Shown: piece by piece, positions 16,705 to 26,421 of the stretch
How the letters are laid out: each line of letters opens with the position of its first letter
How positions within the stretch are numbered: position 1 is the stretch's first letter
Virus record (IMG/VR): IMGVR_UViG_3300010362_000022
Location: 1-50,478 of that record
Reading direction: 5' to 3' (one strand)
Origin: a virus
Lineage: Duplodnaviria; Caudoviricetes
Length of the DNA: 50,478 nucleotides
Program-made: the position numbers and the translations under genes
The notes under the pieces: model-generated
The model's database searches: none
Seen by the model: the letters and a program-made list of their open reading frames with translations, nothing else
Told to the model about the DNA's origin: nothing

Positions 16705-19700
16705 GGGTAAGCTCCTCAAATGATCCGAATTGCTCGATTGTCTTGATAGCTTCATCTTGCAACTTCTCGAAATATGACATATCGATCTCGAGGTCAGGCA
16801 TCGTTTGTGCGATCTCAGCTTCGATCCACTTGAAGCCTTTGGTACCTGCTACCGCGTAATACTTTTCATCTTTGACCCGATAGAGCGTACCGCCCCCGGC
16901 TTTGACAGGTACAAACCGGCCAGTCCGGCCAACGTGACGCATAGCGCGATAAGAGATCTCTTCATCTTTCTCATGCTCCTCTCGATCTAGATACATCGTT
17001 CCCTGGAGGACGTTCTTACTCTCGCAATAATCGTCAAAGACAAGTTCTTCACCAGAGAACAGCTTTTTGAAAATATACGGATGTTGGAATTGAGACCCTA
17101 CAGCCGTCCAGTCTGTACCTTTCCGAGCAATATAGACCGCGTCGTTGACAAGACAGAATATGTCATAGGTGACCTCATGCTCGAAGTCGTAGCCATAGCG
17201 TTTGCCGTGCCCCTTGACAAAAGCGATGGCTTTCTTCGTTGCATTCGGAATCTTTACGGAATCAGTTTTGATATGCACAACGCGGTGTCCAGCTTCTTGC
17301 AGGTCGTTTTTCAAATCGATCATATAGAGAGCTCCACGCTTGGCGACGATGTTATCTTTGTTTCGATTGTCTCGGAAGGGATTTGGAAACTTAGCCGAGG
17401 TCAATCCGTAAACGATGTTGATAACAATCTTCAACGCATAGGCCAGCTTGTCTGCTCCATCTTCATTCTCTAGATATAGAGCTAAACGACCATCGAACAT
17501 TTTTCTTGCCTTATCAAAAGCCCGTTCCTTGATGGCTATCCGGGCCTTTTTCAGCTCTGAATACTTCTTGGTGAACTTGCCGAATACGTTTAGTATTTCG
17601 ATAGATGTTGGATGCATGGAAGCAACATCGAGCAGAGCCACGTTGCTGTAGATACCTGGCTCGGCGTAAACGTAGCCTCCTTCGCCGGGATCTTCACCAC
17701 GATACCAGCTTTTTCCGGCGTCAAATCGGTACCCATTGAATTCCTCACTTAGGTCGGTGTAGACGAAATATTGTTGAGGATTCTTTTCGTTCTCAAATAT
17801 GATCTTCGCGGCATGTCGCTGAGTCGTATCGTTGATGGTCAATCCACTCAACTCGGCAAGAATCTGGCGAGCGACAAAATCCTCCCAGCGATCTTCTAGC
17901 ACAGCTTCCGTCGCTAGAACATCGTTGACACAGTAGTCGACTACTCGCTGCCAATTCTCTTCTGCCACCGGTTCATCCAAGGGAAAGTCCAGCTCCATGT
18001 GATGAATACCAAGATCGATCTCGAACTTCTTCAAGCTTTGCTTGATCGAGCTGAAATCCCAAATATCGGCGTAGGAAAGGTTGTAAGCCTGAGCAAAGAA
18101 GGCATTACGATTGTTTTCGATCACAATTTTACGCGTCAAGTCGTACAGCTGTGAAATGTTGTAGCCTAGAACAGCCGCATAGAGAATATGATTGTCGAAA
18201 CGACGATTGTAGAAGCCCACTAGTTTTAGTTTGGTGAGATTCTCGATCTCTTCTCTACTTGGATTGATCATTCGAACGACATCAGCATCGCCACGAAATT
18301 TCCAACACACAACGAATAGATTCGGATACACTTCGACGTCGAATATAACCATGCGATCGTCATCTACCTTCAAGACAACATCCGCTTCAAGCTCTTCTTC
18401 AGATTTGAACCGCATCTTCTGTACGGTTTTCAGACAAGTCGAGGCTTGATTGGTGCTATTGTTGGCAAAAGCTAAAATCCTTGGTCGCAAGTCTGTGACG
18501 TCGTATTTGAGACCATCCTCGTATGCCTCATCGAGAATGAAGGCGATGAAATCGACGGAAGGTTTGGTCCCTGGATGAATCTCTTTGCGTAGGTTCCGCT
18601 CGATCAGATCCCTAAGGCCCTTTTCACTGGTGATTGTCTTAGCCTTAAGCATCGTCTCCTTCTTCTTTTTGAGCGGAAGTCCACTGCTTATTGACGCAAT
18701 CGGTATCGCATTGCACAAAGTCAAGCGTCGACGTAGCGATGCATCACCGGTATAGACCTTGACTTCGATACCCTCGGAATATAGCGGTGCTAGCTCAGTT
18801 GGATTTCCTTCATAGTTGTAATGAAGGTGTACGCCCTTACCCGACCTGCTCAATTCCGCATAGGTCGGTGGCCATCTACTTGCTGCTTCCAGATTTCGAT
18901 CTAGGCTAGTGTTTTGACCGTTTAGATCTTTCAGGTCGAAGTCGATCACAACATGTTTTTCAGGTACCTTTACGTAGTGTAACTGCGATGTGTCAATATC
19001 TGAAAGGCTGGTCTTTACTTTTGCCCATCGTTGAGCAGGCGCTCCATCTTTAGTTGCCGACTGCGCGGGACAACTAGCAAAATTCTGATCAAAGAGCGAA
19101 GAAGTTTCATCCATGACCAGAGAAAACGCAGGTAGGTCGTCATCAGTTTCCTTTGGAATCTTGAACTTTTCCGCATTGAATCCCACATAAAGACTACGAA
19201 CACGTTCACCGTTTACTTCGCCTCGATCTTTGAAGTCGTCGAAATAATTGCGAAGCTCTTCGCGTATCTTGTACTGAGGTCGTGGTTGAACAATTCCCGT
19301 CTCAGAGCAGAATTCCTTGTACAACCCATACGCTTGCTTTAAGGTTGTATAGTCTTGAGACTTGAAGACGTCATAGTAAGCCTCGATGAAATTGAAGAAA
19401 ACGTCGGTTTGCAGCATCATTTCCAACGGCCGGTATCCGTTGTAGAAATTCTTACCCATCTCCAAATATGCCATCAAGCAGTGAGCTGCAATTGCTCCCA
19501 ACTCAAATGTAATTTGGCTCAGCAGAGTATTGTAATGCCGAATTGGAATCCGTACCCCGGTTGGATGAATATCGATCAACCTGCGTATGATTCCAGACTT
19601 GGCATCGGTGATCTTTACCGGTTGATTCGAACCGATGAACAATAGAGCTTCGGATCTGGCTGTATAACTCGGCTTGTACTTCTCGTTCATCAGCATCTTC

Positions 19701-20452
19701 TCGTGAGAAACGATCGAATTCAGCCGAGTGTTGTCCTCCAGTTTGGACAAATCACCGTCGTGTTGGATTGCAACCAGAGGATTGTGCTTGAAAGCTTCTG
19801 TAGAAAATGTTCCATCCGAACGTCCAAGAGCTTTACCATCAAATGAAGTCCAATAGCCATCGAACAACTTTTCGAGAACATTTAACATGGTGGACTTACC
19901 GGATCCAGCAGGACCATAGAAGACGAAGAATTTCTGGATCTTCTTCGAATCTCCCGCCACGATGGATCCGATAGCCCATTCTATTTTTGCTCGTTCTTCT
20001 ACAGAATACAACGTTCCCACGAGCTCATCCCAAGCCGAGATATCATCCCCTCCCAAAGCGTAAGGCAATCGCTTGCTTGCATAATCGGCTTTTGTTATCT
20101 CCGAGTTTACAAACTGCACTTTGGAGTCGAGGGGATGATGATTATCGCTGATGTGTGCCAGGAACTTCTTGAATTGCGCCCAAGAATTACTTTGAAAGGA
20201 GCGCATATACTTTACTCGATAATCGATTCCGGTTTCTTTTCGCAACCGATCAGCTTCGGCTTCCAGGTCCTCGTCTACGAGCCGCTGGACATCGTATTCA
20301 TCGCGGGACCAGAGACCCTTCTCCTCGTCCCAGATGGCATAGAAGGTTCGCCCTTGGACCATCAGATCCTGAGACCGTCCGATAATGAAATCCGGGTATA
20401 GCTCCATACCCTTATCTTTTGTCTCTCTGGAAAGGATCTGATAGAAGTCCAT
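16691..20452 (-). CDS. Fused SF3 helicase / AEP primase / 3'-5' exonuclease / family-B-like DNA polymerase
   Basis: GPAGSGKS; IDFD and SRSGKGVHLHY; FDVEVY, GFYNRRFD, YCVND; DVASMHP, KIVINIVYG, KTDS. Confidence 0.9.
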   Translation of the reverse strand: MDFYQILSRETKDKGMELYPDFIIGRSQDLMVQGRTFYAIWDEEKGLWSRDEYDVQRLVDEDLEAEADRLRKETGIDYRVKYMRSFQSNSWAQFKKFLAHISDNHHPLDSKVQFVNSEITKADYASKRLPYALGGDDISAWDELVGTLYSVEERAKIEWAIGSIVAGDSKKIQKFFVFYGPAGSGKSTMLNVLEKLFDGYWTSFDGKALGRSDGTFSTEAFKHNPLVAIQHDGDLSKLEDNTRLNSIVSHEKMLMNEKYKPSYTARSEALLFIGSNQPVKITDAKSGIIRRLIDIHPTGVRIPIRHYNTLLSQITFELGAIAAHCLMAYLEMGKNFYNGYRPLEMMLQTDVFFNFIEAYYDVFKSQDYTTLKQAYGLYKEFCSETGIVQPRPQYKIREELRNYFDDFKDRGEVNGERVRSLYVGFNAEKFKIPKETDDDLPAFSLVMDETSSLFDQNFASCPAQSATKDGAPAQRWAKVKTSLSDIDTSQLHYVKVPEKHVVIDFDLKDLNGQNTSLDRNLEAASRWPPTYAELSRSGKGVHLHYNYEGNPTELAPLYSEGIEVKVYTGDASLRRRLTLCNAIPIASISSGLPLKKKKETMLKAKTITSEKGLRDLIERNLRKEIHPGTKPSVDFIAFILDEAYEDGLKYDVTDLRPRILAFANNSTNQASTCLKTVQKMRFKSEEELEADVVLKVDDDRMVIFDVEVYPNLFVVCWKFRGDADVVRMINPSREEIENLTKLKLVGFYNRRFDNHILYAAVLGYNISQLYDLTRKIVIENNRNAFFAQAYNLSYADIWDFSSIKQSLKKFEIDLGIHHMELDFPLDEPVAEENWQRVVDYCVNDVLATEAVLEDRWEDFVARQILAELSGLTINDTTQRHAAKIIFENEKNPQQYFVYTDLSEEFNGYRFDAGKSWYRGEDPGEGGYVYAEPGIYSNVALLDVASMHPTSIEILNVFGKFTKKYSELKKARIAIKERAFDKARKMFDGRLALYLENEDGADKLAYALKIVINIVYGLTSAKFPNPFRDNRNKDNIVAKRGALYMIDLKNDLQEAGHRVVHIKTDSVKIPNATKKAIAFVKGHGKRYGYDFEHEVTYDIFCLVNDAVYIARKGTDWTAVGSQFQHPYIFKKLFSGEELVFDDYCESKNVLQGTMYLDREEHEKDEEISYRAMRHVGRTGRFVPVKAGGGTLYRVKDEKYYAVAGTKGFKWIEAEIAQTMPDLEIDMSYFEKLQDEAIKTIEQFGSFEELTHAAE

Positions 20453-20463
20453 TCAGCTCCTTT

Positions 20464-20973
20464 CTAGAGTCCCTCCCTCTCGATGATCCAAGCGTTCATC
20501 TGAAACCAGATTTCTAGTTTGGTTTGATCCTTCTTCGGGTACTTCAAGGGAAAGAACCCTCCTCGACCTGACGGATCATAGGTTCTCCAAATAAGCGCGT
20601 ACAGAGTGTCATCAATTCGTGCGATTTTTGCCTCTGTAAGTGGATCTGCTGCTTTGTTTAGATTGAGATGCTTGAGCAACCGCCAGGCCCAGAGTTCGGG
20701 ATCCCCTCCGGCAGTAAAAGCAACTCTGCGACTAAGTGCTACTACTACTTCCAGAACTGAAGCTCCTTCCAGAGTCAGTTCTGGCCGACGTCCATCCAAA
20801 AATTCCTCACGTAGATTCACACCATCTGCTACTCGATTGTCATCGTTGGGAACCAGCCAGACGAATTCCGTGTTATGCAATCGAGAAAAGAGTTCATCAT
20901 AGGTTCGGTTATTGTTTGGAATTCGAATCTGAGACGTCAGCCACTCAAAGTAACTCACATCGATTGTTGTCAT
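20464..20973 (-). CDS. Conserved hypothetical phage protein
   Basis: DDNRVADG..LR and G.GGFFPL..P..DQ...EIW.QMNAW patterns. Confidence 0.8.
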   Translation of the reverse strand: MTTIDVSYFEWLTSQIRIPNNNRTYDELFSRLHNTEFVWLVPNDDNRVADGVNLREEFLDGRRPELTLEGASVLEVVVALSRRVAFTAGGDPELWAWRLLKHLNLNKAADPLTEAKIARIDDTLYALIWRTYDPSGRGGFFPLKYPKKDQTKLEIWFQMNAWIIEREGL

Positions 20974-20974
20974 C

Positions 20975-21763
20975 TCACTTCATCGGATTGTTCCGACGCT
21001 TTCGTTTTCGATTGGGATGGGCTGAATGCTCGATTTCTGGTCCGGGCCCATCGAGTCCCAAGACCTCCACCTCGTAGCTCTTGTGTAGGCGGCAGATCTC
21101 CATTTCGAGCTCGAGATCCTCGTTGCGTACGAACACGACGTCGTCATCGTCCGTACCGTGTCCGAACTTGAGGTTGTTGATGCCGATTATCTCTTGTGCA
21201 TGAGGAAGTGGACGATTGTCTTCGTCTGTCACGACATCGTCGACTGCGTAGTAGGTATAGACAACGGTGTTGTAGCCGGGATCTTCGTTGCGTTCGTCCT
21301 GATGGATCACGTACGGCTCGCCTTCGGCTTCTGCACGCGCTTTCACCTCGGCGTCATAGTCCCAGCCGACCATGTTCGACGGTGGACCGGCACGAAGCGG
21401 ACGTGCTGGCGCAACTGGAACCGGAGGCTTCACTGGTCGCTCTGGTTCGACCTCGACTTCACTCTTGACCGAGTAACCCCGTTCCTCGACGACTTCTTCG
21501 ACTGACGGCTTTTGTCGAGCGGCTACAGCTTTCTCCTTCTGCTGATAATGTTCGCGGATCTTCTCGACTTCTTCCTTGCTGGCCGCGAATGCTTCCGCTC
21601 GGATCTTCTCTCGATTGAAGCGATAGCCGAAAATGAAACCAACGATGATTCCAACGCCGATCCCACCGCCGAAATATCCCATCATTCTTGGATCGATTCG
21701 ACGCGTTGCTTCCGCTACCTCTTCGAGATTGGTAGCAATTTCCTCCGTCAATACCGATGCCAT
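20975..21763 (-). CDS. Membrane-anchored hypothetical protein
   Basis: N-terminal TM, coiled coil, acidic domain. Confidence 0.8.
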   Translation of the reverse strand: MASVLTEEIATNLEEVAEATRRIDPRMMGYFGGGIGVGIIVGFIFGYRFNREKIRAEAFAASKEEVEKIREHYQQKEKAVAARQKPSVEEVVEERGYSVKSEVEVEPERPVKPPVPVAPARPLRAGPPSNMVGWDYDAEVKARAEAEGEPYVIHQDERNEDPGYNTVVYTYYAVDDVVTDEDNRPLPHAQEIIGINNLKFGHGTDDDDVVFVRNEDLELEMEICRLHKSYEVEVLGLDGPGPEIEHSAHPNRKRKRRNNPMK

Positions 21764-22668
21764 TTTACATCCTCCGATGATCCTTCGATCTTGTCGTAGA
21801 TTACGCCATCAACGTTGAAATCAAGTAGAATGGCGCCTTCGTACCCGTTGACGAAGTCTCGTGCTTGCTGAGTCTGTCCATCGAAGAAACCAAAACTGAC
21901 GTGATTGTCGGTCTCGCCGTTTTTCGAACGAATCCAACCAACCACAGCCCCGGCCTTCGAACGATCGAGCCCAAGCAGGTCATATACCTCGTTCAAGAAA
22001 ATATGACCACGAGAATGCAGCTTGTCATTGGCCCAATTCTGTTGACACTTGAGGAAATACAGGTTATACTCAGGATCTTTGTTCCAATTGACAGAATATG
22101 AATCAAAGAAACGAGCATAAATCGACGGATCGCCCGGAGCTACTCGAGTGACCGTTTTTTTCTTTTGTGTCTCTGGATCTAAGATTTCCACTTCATGCGA
22201 ACCGTAGCGGAAATTTCGATCCTCTTCTTCGCCGTACTTGTCGATCACACGTCTGCGATACTGGTCGAATCCACGTTCTAGCGCTGTATAAGCCGCTGTT
22301 AGAGCAGCATTTCGTCGAGTCAGGATATTGTGCGACTGAGTCAGAGCAGCAATTGAAAGCCCACCGATGACAATAGCGGGAAGATATGCACGTGCAATCT
22401 TGACGCTGCTCTGGAAGTAGATCAGCGAAATATCCCTTTGGCGATCCTTCTCGCTGTACTCCGGATGCTCAAGATTCTTGGCAATTTCGAGCTTGTCCTT
22501 CGCCTCTTCGGCGATCTCGTCCATCTTCAAAGTCGCCCGACAGGCCAGAACGGTACTTCCAACCATACCGACTACGCCTACGCCAAAGAGAACCTTCGGA
22601 GAACCTTTCTGCGCAAGCAATGCATTATGGGCAATCGTTCTCGTGATCACCTCAGGGACAAACTTCAT
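21748..22668 (-). CDS. DUF6353-like membrane protein
   Basis: SPKVL.GVGVVG....VLACRAT...Y..YR.RV...FLNEVYD.LG pattern. Confidence 0.75.
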   Translation of the reverse strand: MKFVPEVITRTIAHNALLAQKGSPKVLFGVGVVGMVGSTVLACRATLKMDEIAEEAKDKLEIAKNLEHPEYSEKDRQRDISLIYFQSSVKIARAYLPAIVIGGLSIAALTQSHNILTRRNAALTAAYTALERGFDQYRRRVIDKYGEEEDRNFRYGSHEVEILDPETQKKKTVTRVAPGDPSIYARFFDSYSVNWNKDPEYNLYFLKCQQNWANDKLHSRGHIFLNEVYDLLGLDRSKAGAVVGWIRSKNGETDNHVSFGFFDGQTQQARDFVNGYEGAILLDFNVDGVIYDKIEGSSEDVKWHRY

Positions 22669-22910
22669 TGTTGCTCCTTATGTTCCTCTTTTAACGGTAT
22701 ACCACGCATGAAATTATCAAGACCATCGAACATATCCGGATAATTAAGCCGATGAAACTGAATATCCGCGGCATCGTTTCGTAGATCTTCGATTACACGA
22801 GCGCTAGTTGATTTGTCTTTCGATCCTTCTTCACGCATACGATTAAGAAGAAAATCACATAAACGTTCTACACGTTGAGCGAATTCTCGTATCTCAATCG
22901 TCTTTGTCAT
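22665..22910 (-). CDS. Hypothetical protein
   Basis: Coupled minus-strand ORF. Confidence 0.7.
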   Translation of the reverse strand: MTKTIEIREFAQRVERLCDFLLNRMREEGSKDKSTSARVIEDLRNDAADIQFHRLNYPDMFDGLDNFMRGIPLKEEHKEQQ

Positions 22911-22945
22911 AGAGCGTCAATTCTTCAAGTGGATTGGTTTCGTGA

Positions 22946-23587
22946 TCAGTACCCCGTGTCAAGCGGATGCGGCTCTGGGAGATCCAGAAGATAACCACCA
23001 CGAATTCTTGAAACCCCTGCTCCCTGAAGATCCGTCCAACCCCACTTATCGTCTTGGTGAGTAGGAGTAAGTCCCACGAGCTCATAGAGATCTGCAACGG
23101 ATGCTGCTTCATATGTCTCCACCACATCGTAAAGTCGGTCGATTACGTCTTCGGCTTCAGCGCGATCGTCCAAGACGATTTCGTCGAAATTGTGCCTAGC
23201 ACGTGCCATCCGACTCAAAGCTCTCTGCGCGGAAGGCATTCTGCTTGAGCTGGACATGCGATGATAGGGTACATTTCCGTATGGACCCGTTTGTGGAAGC
23301 GTTGATCCTCGATGTCGACGACGAGAATCGCCCTTGAACAGCATTTCGATACCTTGCTGGAGGGTCTCCACAACCGTATCGACTGCGGCAGGCAGCATTA
23401 CATCCATCACGGCATATGAAAGAGCGATTCGTGCATTTCCACTGACAAATGCATCTTTGAACTGTTTACGAAGTGATCGTCTCTTTCGAGTAACATCGCC
23501 TTTGGTGACGCGCTCGATGTTCTTGTCCTCAGGTGTTCTGGTCCGCTTACTTACTTGACTATTAGGCGGAAATTCAGAATTGTCCAT
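22946..23587 (-). CDS. Conserved hypothetical phage protein
   Basis: ASVADLYELVG...D.KWGWTDL...GYLLDLP.P motif. Confidence 0.8.
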   Translation of the reverse strand: MDNSEFPPNSQVSKRTRTPEDKNIERVTKGDVTRKRRSLRKQFKDAFVSGNARIALSYAVMDVMLPAAVDTVVETLQQGIEMLFKGDSRRRHRGSTLPQTGPYGNVPYHRMSSSSRMPSAQRALSRMARARHNFDEIVLDDRAEAEDVIDRLYDVVETYEAASVADLYELVGLTPTHQDDKWGWTDLQGAGVSRIRGGYLLDLPEPHPLDTGY

Positions 23588-23603
23588 ATTATCCTTCGTT
23601 GAG

Positions 23604-23630
23604 AAAAAAGAGAGTCCGTGATGGACTCTC
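23604..23630 (-). terminator. Intrinsic terminator
   Basis: GAGAGTCC/GGACTCTC hairpin followed by a T-tract on the minus strand. Confidence 0.75.
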
Positions 23631-23640
23631 CCTTCCCCTA

Positions 23641-23883
23641 CTATTGATCACTCTTTCGAGCGGTGTTCCATGCGATTGCATCGTCGATGCGCTGGTTGAC
23701 GTGCTTCGCGCAGTGATCCCCGATGACCGATCCGATCACCAGGCTGCCCGTCAGAACCCTCGCTGCATCGAACGAGGTGACGACAACGGTGTTATTTCGA
23801 ATGATATCGTGAACGACTTTCGAAACACCAACACTAGCAACAACGTGAACAGCAAGTCTCGCAATGGACATTGACTCGGTCAC
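23641..23883 (-). CDS. Small membrane-associated protein in a promoter-terminator cassette
   Basis: AGGAGA RBS, GTG start; flanked by the promoter motif and a terminator. Confidence 0.7.
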   Translation of the reverse strand: MTESMSIARLAVHVVASVGVSKVVHDIIRNNTVVVTSFDAARVLTGSLVIGSVIGDHCAKHVNQRIDDAIAWNTARKSDQ

Positions 23884-23907
23884 GAGCTTCTCCTAACAGT
23901 AGGTTTC

Positions 23908-23932
23908 ATTATAGCGTTAGTTTTTTTTGCGA
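23908..23932 (-). promoter_or_regulatory. Phage promoter-like motif
   Basis: TCGCA AAAAAAAC TAACGC TATAAT GAAACCTA. Confidence 0.75.
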
Positions 23933-24001
23933 ATATATCGACGGGTTTTTGTCCCGTATTGTACCCGTCCAAATGACCGCCGATCGTACCGGATGCGACC
24001 C

Positions 24002-24115
24002 TAGGGATAACGAGCGGAATAACCGCCTTCCTCGCGTGGACAAGGCCGATGCTTTGTCGATGAGACTTCCACGAGTTCCATCGTTTTGTCATCTCTTTTA
24101 ATTTCGTTATCCCTA
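24002..24115 (-). ncRNA. Candidate structured RNA (~114 nt)
   Basis: 12-bp perfect inverted repeat TAGGGATAACGA (24002-24013)/TCGTTATCCCTA (24104-24115) enclosing CGATG/CATCG and GCGG/CCGC hairpins. Confidence 0.5.
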
Positions 24116-24658
24116 TTCTTGCTGTTCAGCCAGCTTCACTTCACCCGAAGCCAATTTGGGACCGAGTTCCCGGAGTTCTTCTTGGGACATCTCTTCAAAT
24201 TCTTGCCTGCTGAGAACTCGTACTTCGGGTTGATTCTCGACGAGAACAATCGGCGTCTTAACTGGATCAATTCCCGCCAACTTGGCCATTTCCTCAGTCA
24301 AGCCCGCTGGGATGATGCCGTTGACAAACTCAACCGCTGCGTCGGTATCTGTGACCAACTCGAACAACAGCGTTGAATATGCCTCGCTCGATGCGAATTC
24401 GTCACGCAATTCCTGATTCTTGATGAAACGACGACCATCTTCTGACCGTTTGCCATAGGCGGTCAGGATGATGTTCTCGAACTCTGCGACGATTCCCTTA
24501 CCGTCCTTGGAATCGATGATTTTCTGCAGCTTCTCGGATAGGCCGTCCTTTTCACTCAGCTCGAGCTTGACGATCTCAGCCTTAGAGAGGTGGAAATAGT
24601 AGTCCTCAGTGGCCTCTTCGTCATTGAAATCGGTGTACGTAATCGTCTTCTTGAGCAC
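24113..24658 (-). CDS. Conserved hypothetical phage protein
   Basis: MLKKTITYTDFN...EDYYFHLSKAE...AYG.RSEDGRRF.K. Confidence 0.8.
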   Translation of the reverse strand: MLKKTITYTDFNDEEATEDYYFHLSKAEIVKLELSEKDGLSEKLQKIIDSKDGKGIVAEFENIILTAYGKRSEDGRRFIKNQELRDEFASSEAYSTLLFELVTDTDAAVEFVNGIIPAGLTEEMAKLAGIDPVKTPIVLVENQPEVRVLSRQEFEEMSQEELRELGPKLASGEVKLAEQQE

Positions 24659-24661
24659 GCC

Positions 24662-24805
24662 TCACCTTCCACGAGTGATTTTGTCAGTGACGTACTTGAC
24701 GAACCGTGGGTCACGCTCACGTGAGAGACTGCAAATACGAATAATGGCTGCCGCCTCGCTTGCGCTCATTTTCTTCGCTGTCGAGGTATTCTTCGATTGC
24801 GGCAC
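24662..24805 (-). CDS. Hypothetical protein (47 aa)
   Basis: Hand-translated MPQSKNTSTAKKMSASEAAAIIRICSLSRERDPRFVKYVTDKITRGR; GGAGA RBS. Confidence 0.45.
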   Translation of the reverse strand: MPQSKNTSTAKKMSASEAAAIIRICSLSRERDPRFVKYVTDKITRGR

Positions 24806-24827
24806 TGCATTCTCCCATTCGTTTCCT

Positions 24828-25637
24828 TCAATCGTAGATTTTGTAATACTCCGTCGTCGGCATCTTCTCGAAGTCGATTGAGATGCAAGGGCGATTGTCG
24901 GGAGCGATCGTAGTCGAGATCATCACGTTGACTTCTCCCGTCTCACTGTGCCAGCCAACGCTATCGCTGTACGTGGTCGGAGGCAGGCCGATTCGATCGT
25001 AGAACTCGCTCAAACTAGTATACATGTGACGCAGAAGTTCGAAATTGAGCTCGTTCTCGGCCCGCTTGATCTTCTCGACTGAACTGGTGAAATAGCGACC
25101 AGTCAATCCGTCGTAACAGAGCACGTCTCCCGAAGCCACGATTACGACGTTATTGGGATCTTCTTTGCTCTGGTTCACCCGATCTTGAGCGATATCGTCA
25201 CGAATCTTCTCCTGCTGCTTCTCGGTTAGCCGTTCCATCACCTTGTCTTTGTACTCCTGGAACGCCCGCTCGGAGATACCCGCTGCAGCAGCCATCGCGG
25301 CAATTCGCGCTGCCGAGATTCTGTTCGCTGTGACAATGCAGCCGATCGTCAGTACACCCGCACCCACTGGCGGAATATAGAGCTTCCAAACCAACTTGCC
25401 CTTCTCGAAGCCAGTCAACGGCCGATGCATCAAAGTCTGATCGCCGTTGCCGTCATCATATGCTGCCTCGACTCCAGGATCCTCTGCGATCAACTTGGCG
25501 GCCTTGAACGATGCACGCCCGGTCAAATATGCAGTAGCAATCGTGCCCGTGACACCCACACCCGTCAAAATCGTCGGCGCGTGGTCCTTCAACAGGAACT
25601 TCAGCTTATCGCTGTGGCGAATCAATCCAGTCAACAT
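24828..25637 (-). CDS. DUF6353-like membrane protein (paralog of 21748..22668)
   Basis: APTILTGVGV.G...TAYL..RA; C.D..TGRYF; SLSEFYD.IGL. Confidence 0.75.
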   Translation of the reverse strand: MLTGLIRHSDKLKFLLKDHAPTILTGVGVTGTIATAYLTGRASFKAAKLIAEDPGVEAAYDDGNGDQTLMHRPLTGFEKGKLVWKLYIPPVGAGVLTIGCIVTANRISAARIAAMAAAAGISERAFQEYKDKVMERLTEKQQEKIRDDIAQDRVNQSKEDPNNVVIVASGDVLCYDGLTGRYFTSSVEKIKRAENELNFELLRHMYTSLSEFYDRIGLPPTTYSDSVGWHSETGEVNVMISTTIAPDNRPCISIDFEKMPTTEYYKIYD

Positions 25638-25649
25638 ATGACATCCTTC

Positions 25650-25790
25650 CTAACAGCCGTATTGAGATCGCCTACGCATTTCTCGTACGAAGATCCAGAT
25701 CAACCAAAATCCGAACGTGAGACATACCATGATGCAGTCTCCGACGAAGCTAAAGAAGCCGTAGCGTTTCCTCTCGACGATTACGAACAT
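25650..25790 (-). CDS. Small membrane protein (46 aa), paralog of 27628..27744
   Basis: Hand-translated MFVIVERKRYGFFSFVGDCIMVCLTFGFWLIWIFVREMRRRSQYGC; AGGAGA RBS. Confidence 0.75.
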   Translation of the reverse strand: MFVIVERKRYGFFSFVGDCIMVCLTFGFWLIWIFVREMRRRSQYGC

Positions 25791-25857
25791 CTAGTCTCCT
25801 TATGATATTGACTACACGACTGACACGATAGACGAGCCAAAACGCAACGTCGTACAT
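25750..25857 (-). CDS. Small hypothetical protein (35 aa)
   Basis: GAGGAGGTG RBS; MYDVAFWLVYRVSRVVNIIRRLDVRNRREETLRLL. Confidence 0.5.
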   Translation of the reverse strand: MYDVAFWLVYRVSRVVNIIRRLDVRNRREETLRLL

Positions 25858-25869
25858 CTTCACCTCCTC

Positions 25870-25937
25870 AAAAAAAATAAGAGAGGCTTCCATCGACCGT
25901 AGCCGGTGGAGTGCTCCATTGTAGAGCATACCTCTCT
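25870..25937 (-). ncRNA. Promoter-driven small RNA 1 (three-way junction)
   Basis: Starts right after TATAAT; AGAGAGG/CCUCUCU closing stem, two internal hairpins, U-tract; no convincing ORF. Confidence 0.65.
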
Positions 25938-25962
25938 ATTATAGAAGGAGTTTTTCTTGCGT
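25938..25962 (-). promoter_or_regulatory. Phage promoter-like motif
   Basis: ACGCA AGAAAAAC TCCTTC TATAAT. Confidence 0.75.
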
Positions 25963-25964
25963 GG

Positions 25965-26405
25965 TTATCGTGTAACTGGTACTCGTTCGAGATGGTGACC
26001 TACAACGTGGGGGAGCAATCCATTTACATGATCTGATACCATCTTATCCGTAGCTCCAAGAGCTTTTGCTGCGGCACTCTGAGATCGATAATAAAGATCC
26101 GTACCAATGTCGTGAACGAGATAACTCGGACGACCGATTTCATTTCGAATAATTGTGTTTACATTAGTTTGGCGCGAAGAAAAAAGAGAAAGAGGGCGAT
26201 TGGTAACCAGAGTATCTGCAGTTTCCAGTCCATAGGGTCCGCCATAGGCTAGTCCCTCAATACGACCTCTTCTCATTATAAGACAGGTAATTCCTGCGAT
26301 CGCAAATCCAGTACCAAATGAATATGCGACTTTGTGCCGAGTAACATGTTCACGAAGTTTTCTAAATGGTTCGTCGAAATTGATCTTGTGTTCGAACGTC
26401 GGCAT
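25965..26405 (-). CDS. Membrane protein with C-terminal NUMOD1-like HTH
   Basis: TM segment; YYRSQSAAAKALG....VSDHVNG. Confidence 0.7.
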   Translation of the reverse strand: MPTFEHKINFDEPFRKLREHVTRHKVAYSFGTGFAIAGITCLIMRRGRIEGLAYGGPYGLETADTLVTNRPLSLFSSRQTNVNTIIRNEIGRPSYLVHDIGTDLYYRSQSAAAKALGATDKMVSDHVNGLLPHVVGHHLERVPVTR

Positions 26406-26421
26406 ATAATCCTTTCTATAG

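Noticed and set aside
23880-24092. 70-aa ORF from the track
   Set aside because: Weak RBS; runs through a structured element and a promoter motif
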